Shown here: one piece after another, positions 29,662 through 39,886 of the stretch
How positions within the stretch are numbered: position 1 is the stretch's first letter
How the letters are laid out: the number at the start of each line of letters is the position of its first letter
The notes under the pieces: generated by a model
Told to the model about the DNA's origin: nothing
The model's database searches: none
What the model saw: only the letters and a program-made list of their open reading frames with translations
Made by a program: the position numbers and the translations under genes
DNA from: Planctomycetota bacterium
GTDB lineage: Bacteria; Planctomycetota; GCA-002687715; CAIWVZ01
Direction: 5' to 3'
Length of the DNA: 64,000 bases
Assembly (NCBI GenBank): GCA_044222185.1
Contig: JBGANV010000001.1
Location: forward strand, 2,112,001-2,176,000

Positions 29662-30366
29662 TCAGCGACCCTGGCCGTAATAGGCGCCGGGTCCGTGCTT
29701 GCGATCGTGGTGTCGTTCGAACAGCGGTTGTCTGGACGACGCGCCAGCGGGCGCGACGAGGAGCGACAGGGTCCCGAACGCCATCTGGGCGACGGCCTCG
29801 AGGGCGACGGCGTTCTCCAGGCTCTTCGTCGCCGTCTCCCCAAAGCAGAATGGAGCGTGCTGGCGGACGAGAACGGCCGGCATGCGGAGCGGGTCGCGCG
29901 AGCCAAGCACGTCGAGGATCGTGCGCCCCGTGGCCTCCTCGAAGCTGCCCTCGACCTCTGCGCGTTCGAGGGGACGCGTGACTGGGATGTCGCCTTCGAA
30001 GTGGTCCGCGTGCGTGGTGCCGAGACAGGGGATCCACCGCTCGGCCTGCGCGAACATGCAGGCGTACGCACTGTGCGTGTGGGTGATGCCGCCGACGGAC
30101 GGCAGCGCGCGGTACAGCATCCGGTGAATCGGCGTGTCGGTGGATGGCCGCGCCGAGCCTGCGCAGTGGCCGCTTGCCGCGTCCACGACGCACATGTCTT
30201 CGGGTCGCAGCGCGGCGTACGGCACGCCGCTCGGCTTGATGACGAGTGTGGAGCGGTCACGCGTGATCCCGCTGACGTTCCCCCACGTCAGTGCGACGAG
30301 GCGATGGCGTTCCAACCCCCGATTCGCCTCGCAGACCTCGGCGCGCAGATCGTCGATCTCGCTCAC
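29662..30366 (-). CDS. araD: L-ribulose-5-phosphate 4-epimerase
   Basis: LTWGNVSG, VIKPSGVPY, RPSTDTPIH, GGITHTHS, GTTHADHFEGDIPVTR, RKHGPGAYYGQ; GTG start overlaps the araB stop. Confidence 0.95.
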   Translation of the reverse strand: MSEIDDLRAEVCEANRGLERHRLVALTWGNVSGITRDRSTLVIKPSGVPYAALRPEDMCVVDAASGHCAGSARPSTDTPIHRMLYRALPSVGGITHTHSAYACMFAQAERWIPCLGTTHADHFEGDIPVTRPLERAEVEGSFEEATGRTILDVLGSRDPLRMPAVLVRQHAPFCFGETATKSLENAVALEAVAQMAFGTLSLLVAPAGASSRQPLFERHHDRKHGPGAYYGQGR

Positions 30367-32072
30367 GACGAACCTCCGTGTCCGCGCCGGGCCTCCGTGC
30401 GGATCGAGATGAGCTCCTTCATGACGTCGTGGAGCGCGCCCGACGCGCCGACGACGCCGAAGGCATCGTGGACGCGCCGGTACAGCGCGTAGAGCCGGCG
30501 GTAGACCGCGACCCGCTCCGCCTGTGGCTCGTGAACGCGCGGCTTCCACCCGGTCATGGCTCTCTGCGCAGCGGCGAAGTCCGCGTGCGCCCCGCCGACG
30601 ATCGCCCCGCAGATCGCGGCCCCCAGGGCGCAGGTCTGCGCCGAGCGAGACGTCACCATGGGTCGGTTGCACACGTCCGCGTAGATCTGCATCAGCACCG
30701 GGTTCTTCTCCGCGACGCCGCCGCAGTTGACGACGCGATCGACCTTCACACCGTACTCCTCCACGCGCTCGAGGATGCGCAGAGCTCCGAACGCCGTCGC
30801 CTCGATCAACGCGCGGTAGATTTCGGCCGGCGTCGTGGAGAGGGTCTCGCCGACGATGAGCCCGGTCAGCAGCGGATCCACGAGAATCGTGCGATTCCCG
30901 TTGTGCCAATCGAGTGCGAGGAGGCCCGACTCCCCTGGGCGCAGGCGACCCGCAGCGTCCGACAGCGCGGCGTGCGCGGCGTCGCCAGTCCCGAATCCAG
31001 CCGGCGCGATCTTCGCGACGAACCAGTGGAAGATGTCGCCGACGGCGGACTGCCCTGCCTCGATGCCCCAGGCGTTGGAGACGACCGATTCGGGCACGAT
31101 GCCGCAGACGCCGGGGATGTCCGGAAGCGCGACATCGAGTGGCGCCACGAGGATGTCGCACGTGCTCGTGCCGATGATCTTCACCAGGGTGCCTGGCGCG
31201 ATTCCCGCCCCGACCGCGCCCAGGTGCGCATCGAACGCTCCGACGGCGACGGGAATGCCGGCGGGAAGTCCCACCTCCGATGCGATCGGGGAAGACAGTC
31301 CGCCGGCGCGACGGTCGGCAGGCAGGCACGGCTGTCCGAACGAGCGACGGTGTCGGGAGAGCCCGGGCGCGAGGCGGTCGAGGAAGTCGGCCTGCGGCGG
31401 ACCGTCCCATGCCGCGGCGTACAGCGCCTTGTGGCCGGCGGCGCAAACGCTTCGGTTCAGACGGAACGGGTCGAGCCGGCCCGTGAGCCACGCGGGCACG
31501 AAATCGCAGCACTCGACCCAGCTCGCCGCGGCCGCCGCGACCTTCGGAGCCGCGCGCTCGCAGCGCAGGACTTTCGACCAGTACCACTCGGACGAGTACG
31601 TCCCTCCGCAGCGCGCCAGGTAGGGTCGATCTTCACGGCGGGCGCGGTCCGTGATCTCGGCGGCTTCGGCGAACGACGTGTGGTCCTTCCAAAGCCATGC
31701 CATGGCGGACGGGTTGCCTCGAAACTCGGATTTCCAGGCGAGAGGCTCGCCATCGGCGGCGACGGGCATGGGGGTCGAGCCGGTCGTGTCCACTCCGATG
31801 CCGACGACGCGCGCGGGATCGAACCCGGGAACGGCGCGGGCGGCGCGGATCGCGATCCTGACGGACTCGAGGAAGCCCGTCGTGTATTCGCGTGGGTCCT
31901 GCCGCGCCACGTTGGGGTCGGCCGAATCGCCGATCACGCCGGCGTCACCGCAGGCGTACGGATGGACTCCGGTCGCGATCTCCTCGCCGGAGTGCGTCTC
32001 GACGACGAGCGCACGAACGGCCGAGGTGCCGTAGTCGATGCCGATCGCGAAGGTGCGGGAATCGGACGTCAT
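30363..32072 (-). CDS. araB: L-ribulokinase
   Basis: IGIDYGT, GIGVDTTGSTP, LWKDHT, GGTYSSEWYWSK, GAFDAH, GIEAGQSAVGDIF, LDWHNGNRT. Confidence 0.95.
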   Translation of the reverse strand: MTSDSRTFAIGIDYGTSAVRALVVETHSGEEIATGVHPYACGDAGVIGDSADPNVARQDPREYTTGFLESVRIAIRAARAVPGFDPARVVGIGVDTTGSTPMPVAADGEPLAWKSEFRGNPSAMAWLWKDHTSFAEAAEITDRARREDRPYLARCGGTYSSEWYWSKVLRCERAAPKVAAAAASWVECCDFVPAWLTGRLDPFRLNRSVCAAGHKALYAAAWDGPPQADFLDRLAPGLSRHRRSFGQPCLPADRRAGGLSSPIASEVGLPAGIPVAVGAFDAHLGAVGAGIAPGTLVKIIGTSTCDILVAPLDVALPDIPGVCGIVPESVVSNAWGIEAGQSAVGDIFHWFVAKIAPAGFGTGDAAHAALSDAAGRLRPGESGLLALDWHNGNRTILVDPLLTGLIVGETLSTTPAEIYRALIEATAFGALRILERVEEYGVKVDRVVNCGGVAEKNPVLMQIYADVCNRPMVTSRSAQTCALGAAICGAIVGGAHADFAAAQRAMTGWKPRVHEPQAERVAVYRRLYALYRRVHDAFGVVGASGALHDVMKELISIRTEARRGHGGSS

Positions 32073-32127
32073 GGGACTGCTCCGGGAGGGCAACAGTGTA
32101 CGCGCTGATCCGGCTGGCGCTTCTCCT

Positions 32128-32684
32128 CCGGAACGCCGCGTTCCAACGCGGCTGGATCGGCAGGGCTCCAGCCCTGCCGCGATTGGCGGACGGCAGCGCG
32201 CAAACGCCGTCGCCGGGCTTCCGTCTTGCCACGCGCGCGCGAGTCCGGAGGCCTCGCGGTCCGGCCAGGCTGGTGCCTGGCGCTCCGGCTCCGGAACGCC
32301 GCGTTCCAACGCGGCTGGATCGGCAGGGCTCCAGCCCTGCCGCGATTGGCGGACGGCAGCGCGCAAACGCCGTCGCGCGGCTTTCGTCTTGCCACGTGCT
32401 CGCGAGTCCGGAGGCCTCGCGGGCCGGCCAGGCTGGTGCCTGGCGCTCCGGCTCCGGAACGCCGCGTTCCAACGCGGCTGGATCGGCAGGGCTCCAGCCC
32501 TGCCGCGATCGACGGACGGCAGCACGCAAACGCCGTCGCCGGGCTTTCGTCTTGCCACGTGCTCGCGAGTCCGGAGGCCTCGCGGTCCGGCCAGGCTGGT
32601 GCCTGGCGCTCCGGCTCCGGAACGCCGCGTTCCAACGCGGCTGGATCGGCAGGGCTCCAGCCCTGCCGCGATCGGCGGACGGCA
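32128..32684. repeat. Tandem array of a 163-bp REP/BIME-like unit (about 3.4 copies)
   Basis: CCGGAACGCC unit starts at 32128, 32291, 32454 and 32617 (period 163, not a multiple of 3). Near-identical copies, each with GGCAGGGCTCCAGCCCTGCC and further hairpins; lies between divergent araB and GH146. Confidence 0.93.
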
Positions 32685-32703
32685 TCGGGTATCCTCCGCG
32701 GCT

Positions 32704-35091
32704 GTGAACGAAGGCGAGATCCAAGCGAGCGCGGTGTGGCTCAGGGCGTCGGGCGCGGATCGCGCCCGGCGGACGACCTTGCGGCCTACGGCGATCGCCC
32801 GCCGCGGCAGCGTGCTCGCGCTCGTCGCCATCGTGACGGCGGCAGGGGGACAGACCACGAGCCGGCCGGCGTCGGTGCTGACGGCGTTCGCACCGCAGGA
32901 CGTGACGATCACCGGCGGCCCGGCGCTCGCCGCCTTCGACACGAACCTGCGGTACCTGAGATCGCTGGACCCCGACCGCCTGCTCTGGACGTTCCGCAAG
33001 AACGCCGGTCTGCCGACGCCGGGCACGCCCTACGGCGGCTGGGAAGCCCCGGACTGCGAGCTGCGGGGCCACTTCGTCGGGCACTACCTCTCGGCCTGTG
33101 CCCGCGTCATGGCGTCGACGGCGGATCCCGAGATCGCGCGCAACGCGCGACGGGTCGTCGCCGGCCTCGCGGAATGCCAGCGCGCGCTCGGCGGCGGCTA
33201 CCTCTCGGCCTTCCCGTCCGAGTTCCTCGACCGCGTCGAACGACGCCAGGCCGTCTGGGCGCCCTATTACACCATCCACAAGATCCTCGCCGGCCTGGTC
33301 GACATGCGACGGCTCGTCGGCGACGAAGAGGCCCTTCGCGTCGCCGCGGGCCTCGCCGCAGGGATCGCCGCCCGCAGCGTTCACCTCGACGACGACGCAT
33401 TCCAAGCCATGCTCGGAAACGAGTTCGGCGGCATGCACGAGGCGCTGCTCGATCTCTTCGAGTTCACGCATCAGCCCGGTCACCGCATCCTCGCGGAACG
33501 GTTCCAAAAGCGTGCATTCCTCGATCCGCTCGCACGCGGAGAGGATCCGCTCGCCGGGCTCCACGCGAACACGCACCTACCCCAGATCCTCGGTCAGTGC
33601 CGCGCGTACGAACTCTTCGGCACTCCGGCCTGCGGCGACCTGATCCAGCACTTCTGGGCGACGCTCGCGCTGCGGCACAGCTACGTCACCGGCGGATCCA
33701 ACGAGGGCGAGTCCTGGGGCCCGGCCGACAAGCTCGCGAACACCCTCTCCGACGCCAATCAGGAGTTCTGCACGAGCTGGAATTGGCGCCGCATCAACCG
33801 CAGCCTCCTCCTCGCCACCGGCGACGTGAAATACGCCGACATGCTGGAGCGAGTCCTCTTCAATGGACTGTTCGTGAGCCAGCATCCGGAGAGCGGCCAG
33901 TTCATCTACTTCCTCGGACTCCGCGCCGGCAGCACCAAGGTCCACGGTACGCCCACGGAGACCTTCACGTGCTGCTACGGCACGGGACTCGAGGCTTGCA
34001 CGGCGTGGGCCGAAGACGTCTTCGCCCACGAGGGCGATGCCGCCCTGCGAGTCGTCCTTCCCATCGACGCACGCGTGTCGTGGCGGCGCGCCGGCGGCGT
34101 CGTGCAGATCGCCCAGGCGACTGACCCGGTGGATGTGGGACACGTGGTGATCTCCGTGACACCACCTGCGCGCGACACGAACTTCGTGCTGATGCTCCGC
34201 AGGCCCGCGTGGGCGAAGACCGGCGGTGCCATCCGCGTGGGCGCCGATCCGCTCGCCGTCGAGACGAAGGCCGGAAGCTGGATCAGGATCGACCGCGCCT
34301 GGAATCCGGGCGACGTCGTGGACGTCCGATGGGATGCGCCACTGTCCGTCGTCCCGATCAACGACGATCCGAATCTCTGCGCCGTGATGGCCGGGCCGCT
34401 CGTCCTCGCCGGCGTACTCGACGACGGCGACCTTCCCTTCGCCGACGTCCCGCCGCCCCCGCTCACGGGTGACAAGCTCACGCCCAAGCACTGGCTGAAA
34501 CCGATGGAAGGGTCTCCGCGCCGCTGGCGGACGCGCAATCAACCGAAGGATCTGACCTTCATCCCGCTCATGGACGTCGTCGAGCAACGCTACGGCGTCT
34601 ACTGGCGATTCGGCGTGATGGGTGGCTCCAATCAAAAGGCCTACGAGACGGCACTCGCGACGGCCAGGGACCGCGAAGCCCGCACGATCGACCGCGTCCT
34701 GATCGGCGACGAAGCGAGCGAGGCTGCGCACGTCTTCGTGGGGCGGAACTCGCGAACCGGGCGGCACGAGGGCGCACGGTGGCGCGACGCCGGCCCGGGC
34801 GGGGACTTCAGGTTCCGCCTCTCCGTCTCCCCCGATGCGCCGAACTCGCTCGCCGTGAGCTATTGGGGAAGCGACGGGGGCGCCCGGGTCTTCGACATCG
34901 AGGTCGAGGAACGTCGCATCGCGACCGAGAAGCTCGCGAACTCCGCGCCCGGCCGGTTCTTCACGGTCGAGTACCCGATTCCCCCGGGCCTCACGCAGGG
35001 CAAGACTCACGTGACCGTGCGGTTTGCCCCGGCGCCGAACGGCGAGATCGCAGGCGGCGTCTTCGGCCTCGCCTCTCTGCGCCGCAAGTAA
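32704..35091 (+). CDS. Beta-L-arabinofuranosidase, GH146/GH127-like, secreted
   Basis: YGGWE, LRGHFVGHYLSA, WAPYYTIHKI, EFGGM, HANTHLPQILG, EFCTSWN, FTCCYGTG; C-terminal YWGSD beta-domain. Start uncertain (GTG 32704); the longer ORF reads through the repeat. Confidence 0.87.
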   Translation: MNEGEIQASAVWLRASGADRARRTTLRPTAIARRGSVLALVAIVTAAGGQTTSRPASVLTAFAPQDVTITGGPALAAFDTNLRYLRSLDPDRLLWTFRKNAGLPTPGTPYGGWEAPDCELRGHFVGHYLSACARVMASTADPEIARNARRVVAGLAECQRALGGGYLSAFPSEFLDRVERRQAVWAPYYTIHKILAGLVDMRRLVGDEEALRVAAGLAAGIAARSVHLDDDAFQAMLGNEFGGMHEALLDLFEFTHQPGHRILAERFQKRAFLDPLARGEDPLAGLHANTHLPQILGQCRAYELFGTPACGDLIQHFWATLALRHSYVTGGSNEGESWGPADKLANTLSDANQEFCTSWNWRRINRSLLLATGDVKYADMLERVLFNGLFVSQHPESGQFIYFLGLRAGSTKVHGTPTETFTCCYGTGLEACTAWAEDVFAHEGDAALRVVLPIDARVSWRRAGGVVQIAQATDPVDVGHVVISVTPPARDTNFVLMLRRPAWAKTGGAIRVGADPLAVETKAGSWIRIDRAWNPGDVVDVRWDAPLSVVPINDDPNLCAVMAGPLVLAGVLDDGDLPFADVPPPPLTGDKLTPKHWLKPMEGSPRRWRTRNQPKDLTFIPLMDVVEQRYGVYWRFGVMGGSNQKAYETALATARDREARTIDRVLIGDEASEAAHVFVGRNSRTGRHEGARWRDAGPGGDFRFRLSVSPDAPNSLAVSYWGSDGGARVFDIEVEERRIATEKLANSAPGRFFTVEYPIPPGLTQGKTHVTVRFAPAPNGEIAGGVFGLASLRRK

Positions 35092-35135
35092 GATCGCGGC
35101 CGGCCGACGACCTCGCGTCGGCGGACTTCATCACG

Positions 35136-38100
35136 ATGCTCAACCCTCTCATCCGCTGCGTCTTCGTCGTCGTCCTGTGTGCCTCGGCCCTCGTGGCGCA
35201 GTCGACGGAGTCGCGGCCCTCGCGCCTGGACCCCGTTCCGTTCACTCACGTCTCCGTCGCCGACGCGTTCTGGTCCCCGCGACTCACGACGAACCGGACG
35301 GTCACCATCCCCTACGCCATGAAGATGTGCGAGGAGACGGGGCGCGTGGCGAACTTCGAGGCGGCGGCGAAGCACGCGGGCACGATGCGGGGGCTCTACT
35401 TCAACGATTCAGACGTGTACAAGGTGCTCGAGGGCGCAGCCTACGCGCTCGCCGTCGAACGCGACGCCGCGCTCGAATCTCGCTGCGACGAGATCATCGC
35501 GAAGATCGCCGCGGCCCAAGAACCCGACGGCTACCTCTACACGCCCCGGCAGATCCTCGACCGCAAGAACATGCCGCCGGGCGGCAAGGAGCGCTGGTCC
35601 GACATGGGCGGCGGCCACGAGCTGTACTGCCTGGGCCACCTGTACGAAGCGGCCGTCGCGTACTCGGATGCCACGGGCAAGAACGCCCTCCTCGACGTCG
35701 CGACGAAAAGCGCGAACCTCATCGTCGGCGTGTTCGGACCGGGCCGGAACACCCACCCCTGCGGCCATCCGGAGATCGAGATCGGCCTCGTCAAGCTGTT
35801 CCGCAAGACCCGCGATCAGCGCTACCTCGACCTCGCGAAGTTCTTCATCGACGCCCGAGGGCACGCCGACGGACGCGAGCTCTACGGCGAGTACGCGCAG
35901 GACCACCTGCCGTTGCTCGAACAAAAAACCGCCGTCGGCCATGCCGTCCGCGCCGCATACCTCTTCGCCGGCATCGCCGACGTGGCGGGGCTCACGGGCG
36001 AGCCGTCCTACCTCGTGGCCATCGATCGTCTGTGGCGCGACGTCGTGGGAACCAAGCTCTACCTCACCGGCGGGATCGGCAGTCAGGGCAACAACGAGGG
36101 ATTCGGTGCACCGTTCGACCTCCCGAACTCGAGTGCTTACGCGGAGACGTGCGCGGCCATCGCCAACGCCCTGTGGAATCACCGCCTCTTCCTCGCGTTC
36201 GGGGATGCGCGCTACGTCGACGTGCTCGAGCGCGTGATCTACAACGGATTCCTCTCCGGCTGGTCGTCGAAGGGCGATCGCTTCTTCTATCCCAACCCGC
36301 TGGAATCGGCGCACGGGCGGGAGCGATCACCGTGGTTCGACTGCTCGTGCTGTCCTTCGAACGTCGTGCGCTTCGTGCCCTCGATCCCGGGTTTCGCCTA
36401 CGCCACGTCGGGCGACGGCGTTCACGTCAACCTGTACCTGGGCGGGGCGGCCCGCGTCCGCGTCGCGGATCACCCGGTGACGCTGACGCAGGAGACCAAC
36501 TACCCGTGGGATGGGCGCGTGAAGATCCGCGTCGACCCGAAGGAGCCAACCGCATTCAAGCTCCGGCTTCGCATCCCTGGGTGGGCGCGCGGTGAAGTCT
36601 TCGCGAGCGACCTCTACACGTTCGCCGATGTGACGGACGCGCGCGCGACGATCGCCGTCGATGGTGTGGCCGAGCCGATCACGCTCGATCGCGGCTACGC
36701 GGTGCTCGAACGCCAGTGGAAGGCCGGCGACGTCGTGGAGTTGGATCTGCCCATGCCGGTCCGTCGCGTGATCGCCAACGCATCCGTCCGCGCCGATCAG
36801 GAACGAACGGCCTTCATGCGAGGGCCGATCGTCTACTGTTTCGAGGGGCATGACCAGCCCGATGGCCGCGTGCTCGATCGCGTCGCGACGGACACGGCAT
36901 TCAAACCGGTGGCGCGTCCAGGGCTGCTCGGGGGCGTCACCGTCCTCGAAGGTCGCCTCACGAGGTCACGGCGAACGCTCGCTGGCTCGATCGAGGGTGG
37001 CGAATCCGTCGAGGCCACGGCCATCCCCTATTTCGCGTGGGCCAACCGGGGCCGATCGCCCATGAGCGTCTGGGTCGCGCGTGCGCCCGCAGCCGCGCGC
37101 CCAGACGGCGCCCCCACGCTCGCGAAGCGCTCGAGGGCGACATCCTCCTTCGGCGGTGAGTTGGCCGCACTCGCAGATCAGTTCGAGCCGGCGTCGTCCG
37201 GCGACCACGCCAACCCGTTCCTCCACTGGTGGCCCCGGCTCGGGACGAAAGAGTGGATCCAATACGACTTTCCCGGACCGACGCGCGTGCACGGCGTCGA
37301 GGTGTATTGGTTCGACGACACGGGCCGTGGCGCCTGCCGGCTGCCCAAGTCGTGGCGCCTGCTCGCCAACGTGGCCGGTACGTGGCGCGAGGTCGACCAC
37401 CCGTCGGCCTTCGACACGCGGGGTGACACGTACAACCGCTGCACGTTCGACCCGTTGACGACGCTCGGCCTCCGGATCGAAGTCCAATCTGTCGCCGAAT
37501 TCGCTGGCGGCGTCCACGAGTGGCGGGTCCTGGAAGCTCCTCTCGCCGAGCCCCCATCCGCGCCGCAGGACGCCGGGGAGAATCTCCTTCCAAACGGATC
37601 CTTCGAGCGCGCCAGCGGCGGCCGGGCCGATGCATGGGCGACGGCTTCGTGGAACGGTCAAGCCACGTTCACGGCCGATGAGCCGGGTCGGAACGGCGGT
37701 CGGAGCGTCGCCATCACATCCGACGCCGGGGCCGACGTCGCGTGGGGCTGCACCGTGCCCGTGTCTCCCGGCTCGCGGTATCGACTCTCGGGGTGGATTC
37801 GCACAGAAGACGTGACGACGAAACGCGGAGGTCGCGGCGCGCTCTTCAACCTTCACGACCTGCAACCGATCCAGACCGCACCGGTCCTCGGGACGACCGA
37901 TTGGACCCGCGTCGAAGTCGAGTTCGAAACGGAAGACGTGGACGCAGTGACGGTGAACGCGCTGTTTGGCGGCTGGGGCCAGGCGACCGGCAAGGCCTGG
38001 TTCGACGACGTGTCGCTGACACTCGTTCGGAGGGCCGCGCCGCAGCCGCCGTCGATCACGATCCACGCCGACCAGCGCCTCGAACCGCTCTCGAAGTACG

Positions 38101-39857
38101 TCTACGGACAGTTCATCGAACACCTGGGCCGTTGCATCTATGGCGGAATCTGGGCCGAGATGCTCCAGGACCGCAAGTTCTTCGACGCCATCGGATCGCC
38201 GGGATCGGCATGGCGCATCGTGGGCCCGCCTGGCGCCGTACGCATGACGACGGACCGCCCGTTCGTGGGCGAGCACTCCCCAGAGGTCGTGCTGACGCAT
38301 GGCATCGGCGTCGGGATCGAACAGACGGGCCTCACGACGGAGGAGCGAGCGCGATACGTCGGCCACGTGTGGCTCGCAGGCGACGCGGCCGCCGGCCCCG
38401 TGGAGATCACGCTCGTCACGGCGGATTCCGGCTCGGTGCAGGCACGAGCCCTCATCCCGACGGTCGGGCCCGAGTTCCTACGCACGGACTTCGAGTTCGA
38501 AGCCACGTCGTCCGGGTCCGCAAGCCTCCGGATCGTCGGCCGCGGGAAGGGCTCGTTCCGGATCGGCACCGCGAGCCTCATGCCAGCCTCCAACGTGAAG
38601 GGCATGCGACGCGATACGTTGCGCCTCCTTCGGGACCTCGACGCGCCCGTCTACCGCTGGCCGGGCGGCAACTTCGTTTCGGGTTACGACTGGCGCGACG
38701 GCGTCGGCGATCGAGACCGGCGTCCGCCGCGCAAGAATCCCGCGTGGTCGGGGATCGAGCACGACGACTTCGGGATCGACGAGTTCATGATCCTCTGCCA
38801 GGAGCTCGGAACCGAGCCCTACGTCGTCGTGAACACCGGGCTCGGGTCCATCGAGAGCGCCGTCGCCGAGCTCGAGTACATGAATGGCTCCGCCGACTCG
38901 CCGCACGGGAAGCTGCGCGCACGAAACGGACATCCGACACCCTACGCCGTCAAGTGGATCGGGGTCGGCAACGAGATGTTCGGCTCCTGGCAACTGGGCA
39001 ACATCCCGCTCGCGGAATACACGAAACGTCACAACGCCTTCGTCGATGCCCTGCGTGCGAAGGATCCGTCGATCAAGGTCATCGGCGTCGGCGCCGCGGG
39101 CGAATGGAGCGAGCGGATGCTGACCGACTGTCAGGATCGACTCGACCTCCTCTCCGAGCACGTCTACTGGCAGGAACGCGCCGGGCTGCGCGCACACGTG
39201 GGGCAGCCCGCTCGCACGCTCGGTGAGATCGCGGCAGCCCACCGCGACTACCGCCGTCGCGTGCCGGGCCTCGCCGCCCGTGACATCCGCCTCGTTCAGG
39301 ATGAATGGAACTACTGGTACGGGCCGCACGTCTTCGGTGAACTCGGCACGCGCTACTTCCAGAAGGACGCTCTCGGCTGCGCCGCCGCGCTCAACACGTT
39401 CGCGAGGAACTCGGACCTGTTCTTCATGGCGAACTACGCGCAGACGGTGAACGTGATCGGTGCGGTGAAGACGAGCGCTACGCGCGCCGCGATGGAGACG
39501 ACCGGGCTCGTCCTCCAGATGTACCGCGAGCGGTTCGGCGTGGTTCCGTGCGCGACGGACGCGACCGTGGGACTCGACGCCGTGGCGGCGTTCACGGCCG
39601 ACGGCCGCGCCCTCACGATCGCCATGGTGAACGCATCGAATGCTGCGGTGGTCGTTCCGTTCGTGCTGAAGGGAACCTCGATCGACCCGGTCGGCGACAC
39701 GTGGTTCATCGCTGCCTCTCCGGATGCGTACAACGACCCGGATCAGGCGGCCCCATCCGTCCGGATCCAGACGGCGAAAACCGGCGACGTGCTCGCAGAA
39801 CACGGCCTCCGCCTCGCGCCTTGCAGCGTTACGATGGCCCGCTTCACGGTCCGATGA
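35136..39857 (+). CDS. Multimodular glycosidase: GH127 beta-L-arabinofuranosidase, discoidin-like domain, CBM4/9-like domain, GH51 alpha-L-arabinofuranosidase
   Basis: Signal peptide; GH127 motifs FNDSDVYK, HELYCLGHLYEAA, GHAVRA, YAETCAAI, WFDCSCCPSN; NLLPNGSFE CBM-like; GH51 motifs YGQFIEHLGRCIYGG, RWPGGNF, GVGNEMFG, DEWNYW. Confidence 0.92.
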   Translation: MLNPLIRCVFVVVLCASALVAQSTESRPSRLDPVPFTHVSVADAFWSPRLTTNRTVTIPYAMKMCEETGRVANFEAAAKHAGTMRGLYFNDSDVYKVLEGAAYALAVERDAALESRCDEIIAKIAAAQEPDGYLYTPRQILDRKNMPPGGKERWSDMGGGHELYCLGHLYEAAVAYSDATGKNALLDVATKSANLIVGVFGPGRNTHPCGHPEIEIGLVKLFRKTRDQRYLDLAKFFIDARGHADGRELYGEYAQDHLPLLEQKTAVGHAVRAAYLFAGIADVAGLTGEPSYLVAIDRLWRDVVGTKLYLTGGIGSQGNNEGFGAPFDLPNSSAYAETCAAIANALWNHRLFLAFGDARYVDVLERVIYNGFLSGWSSKGDRFFYPNPLESAHGRERSPWFDCSCCPSNVVRFVPSIPGFAYATSGDGVHVNLYLGGAARVRVADHPVTLTQETNYPWDGRVKIRVDPKEPTAFKLRLRIPGWARGEVFASDLYTFADVTDARATIAVDGVAEPITLDRGYAVLERQWKAGDVVELDLPMPVRRVIANASVRADQERTAFMRGPIVYCFEGHDQPDGRVLDRVATDTAFKPVARPGLLGGVTVLEGRLTRSRRTLAGSIEGGESVEATAIPYFAWANRGRSPMSVWVARAPAAARPDGAPTLAKRSRATSSFGGELAALADQFEPASSGDHANPFLHWWPRLGTKEWIQYDFPGPTRVHGVEVYWFDDTGRGACRLPKSWRLLANVAGTWREVDHPSAFDTRGDTYNRCTFDPLTTLGLRIEVQSVAEFAGGVHEWRVLEAPLAEPPSAPQDAGENLLPNGSFERASGGRADAWATASWNGQATFTADEPGRNGGRSVAITSDAGADVAWGCTVPVSPGSRYRLSGWIRTEDVTTKRGGRGALFNLHDLQPIQTAPVLGTTDWTRVEVEFETEDVDAVTVNALFGGWGQATGKAWFDDVSLTLVRRAAPQPPSITIHADQRLEPLSKYVYGQFIEHLGRCIYGGIWAEMLQDRKFFDAIGSPGSAWRIVGPPGAVRMTTDRPFVGEHSPEVVLTHGIGVGIEQTGLTTEERARYVGHVWLAGDAAAGPVEITLVTADSGSVQARALIPTVGPEFLRTDFEFEATSSGSASLRIVGRGKGSFRIGTASLMPASNVKGMRRDTLRLLRDLDAPVYRWPGGNFVSGYDWRDGVGDRDRRPPRKNPAWSGIEHDDFGIDEFMILCQELGTEPYVVVNTGLGSIESAVAELEYMNGSADSPHGKLRARNGHPTPYAVKWIGVGNEMFGSWQLGNIPLAEYTKRHNAFVDALRAKDPSIKVIGVGAAGEWSERMLTDCQDRLDLLSEHVYWQERAGLRAHVGQPARTLGEIAAAHRDYRRRVPGLAARDIRLVQDEWNYWYGPHVFGELGTRYFQKDALGCAAALNTFARNSDLFFMANYAQTVNVIGAVKTSATRAAMETTGLVLQMYRERFGVVPCATDATVGLDAVAAFTADGRALTIAMVNASNAAVVVPFVLKGTSIDPVGDTWFIAASPDAYNDPDQAAPSVRIQTAKTGDVLAEHGLRLAPCSVTMARFTVR

Positions 39858-39886
39858 TGCCGACCTCCCGCGCAACGGAGAAACTC

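Noticed and set aside
32128-32684. CRISPR array
   Set aside because: The sequence between palindromes is near-identical rather than unique spacers, the period is 163 bp, and no cas genes are present.
32038-32703. N-terminal extensions of GH146 and araB through the repeat
   Set aside because: The repeat period is not a multiple of 3, and family homology begins outside the array.
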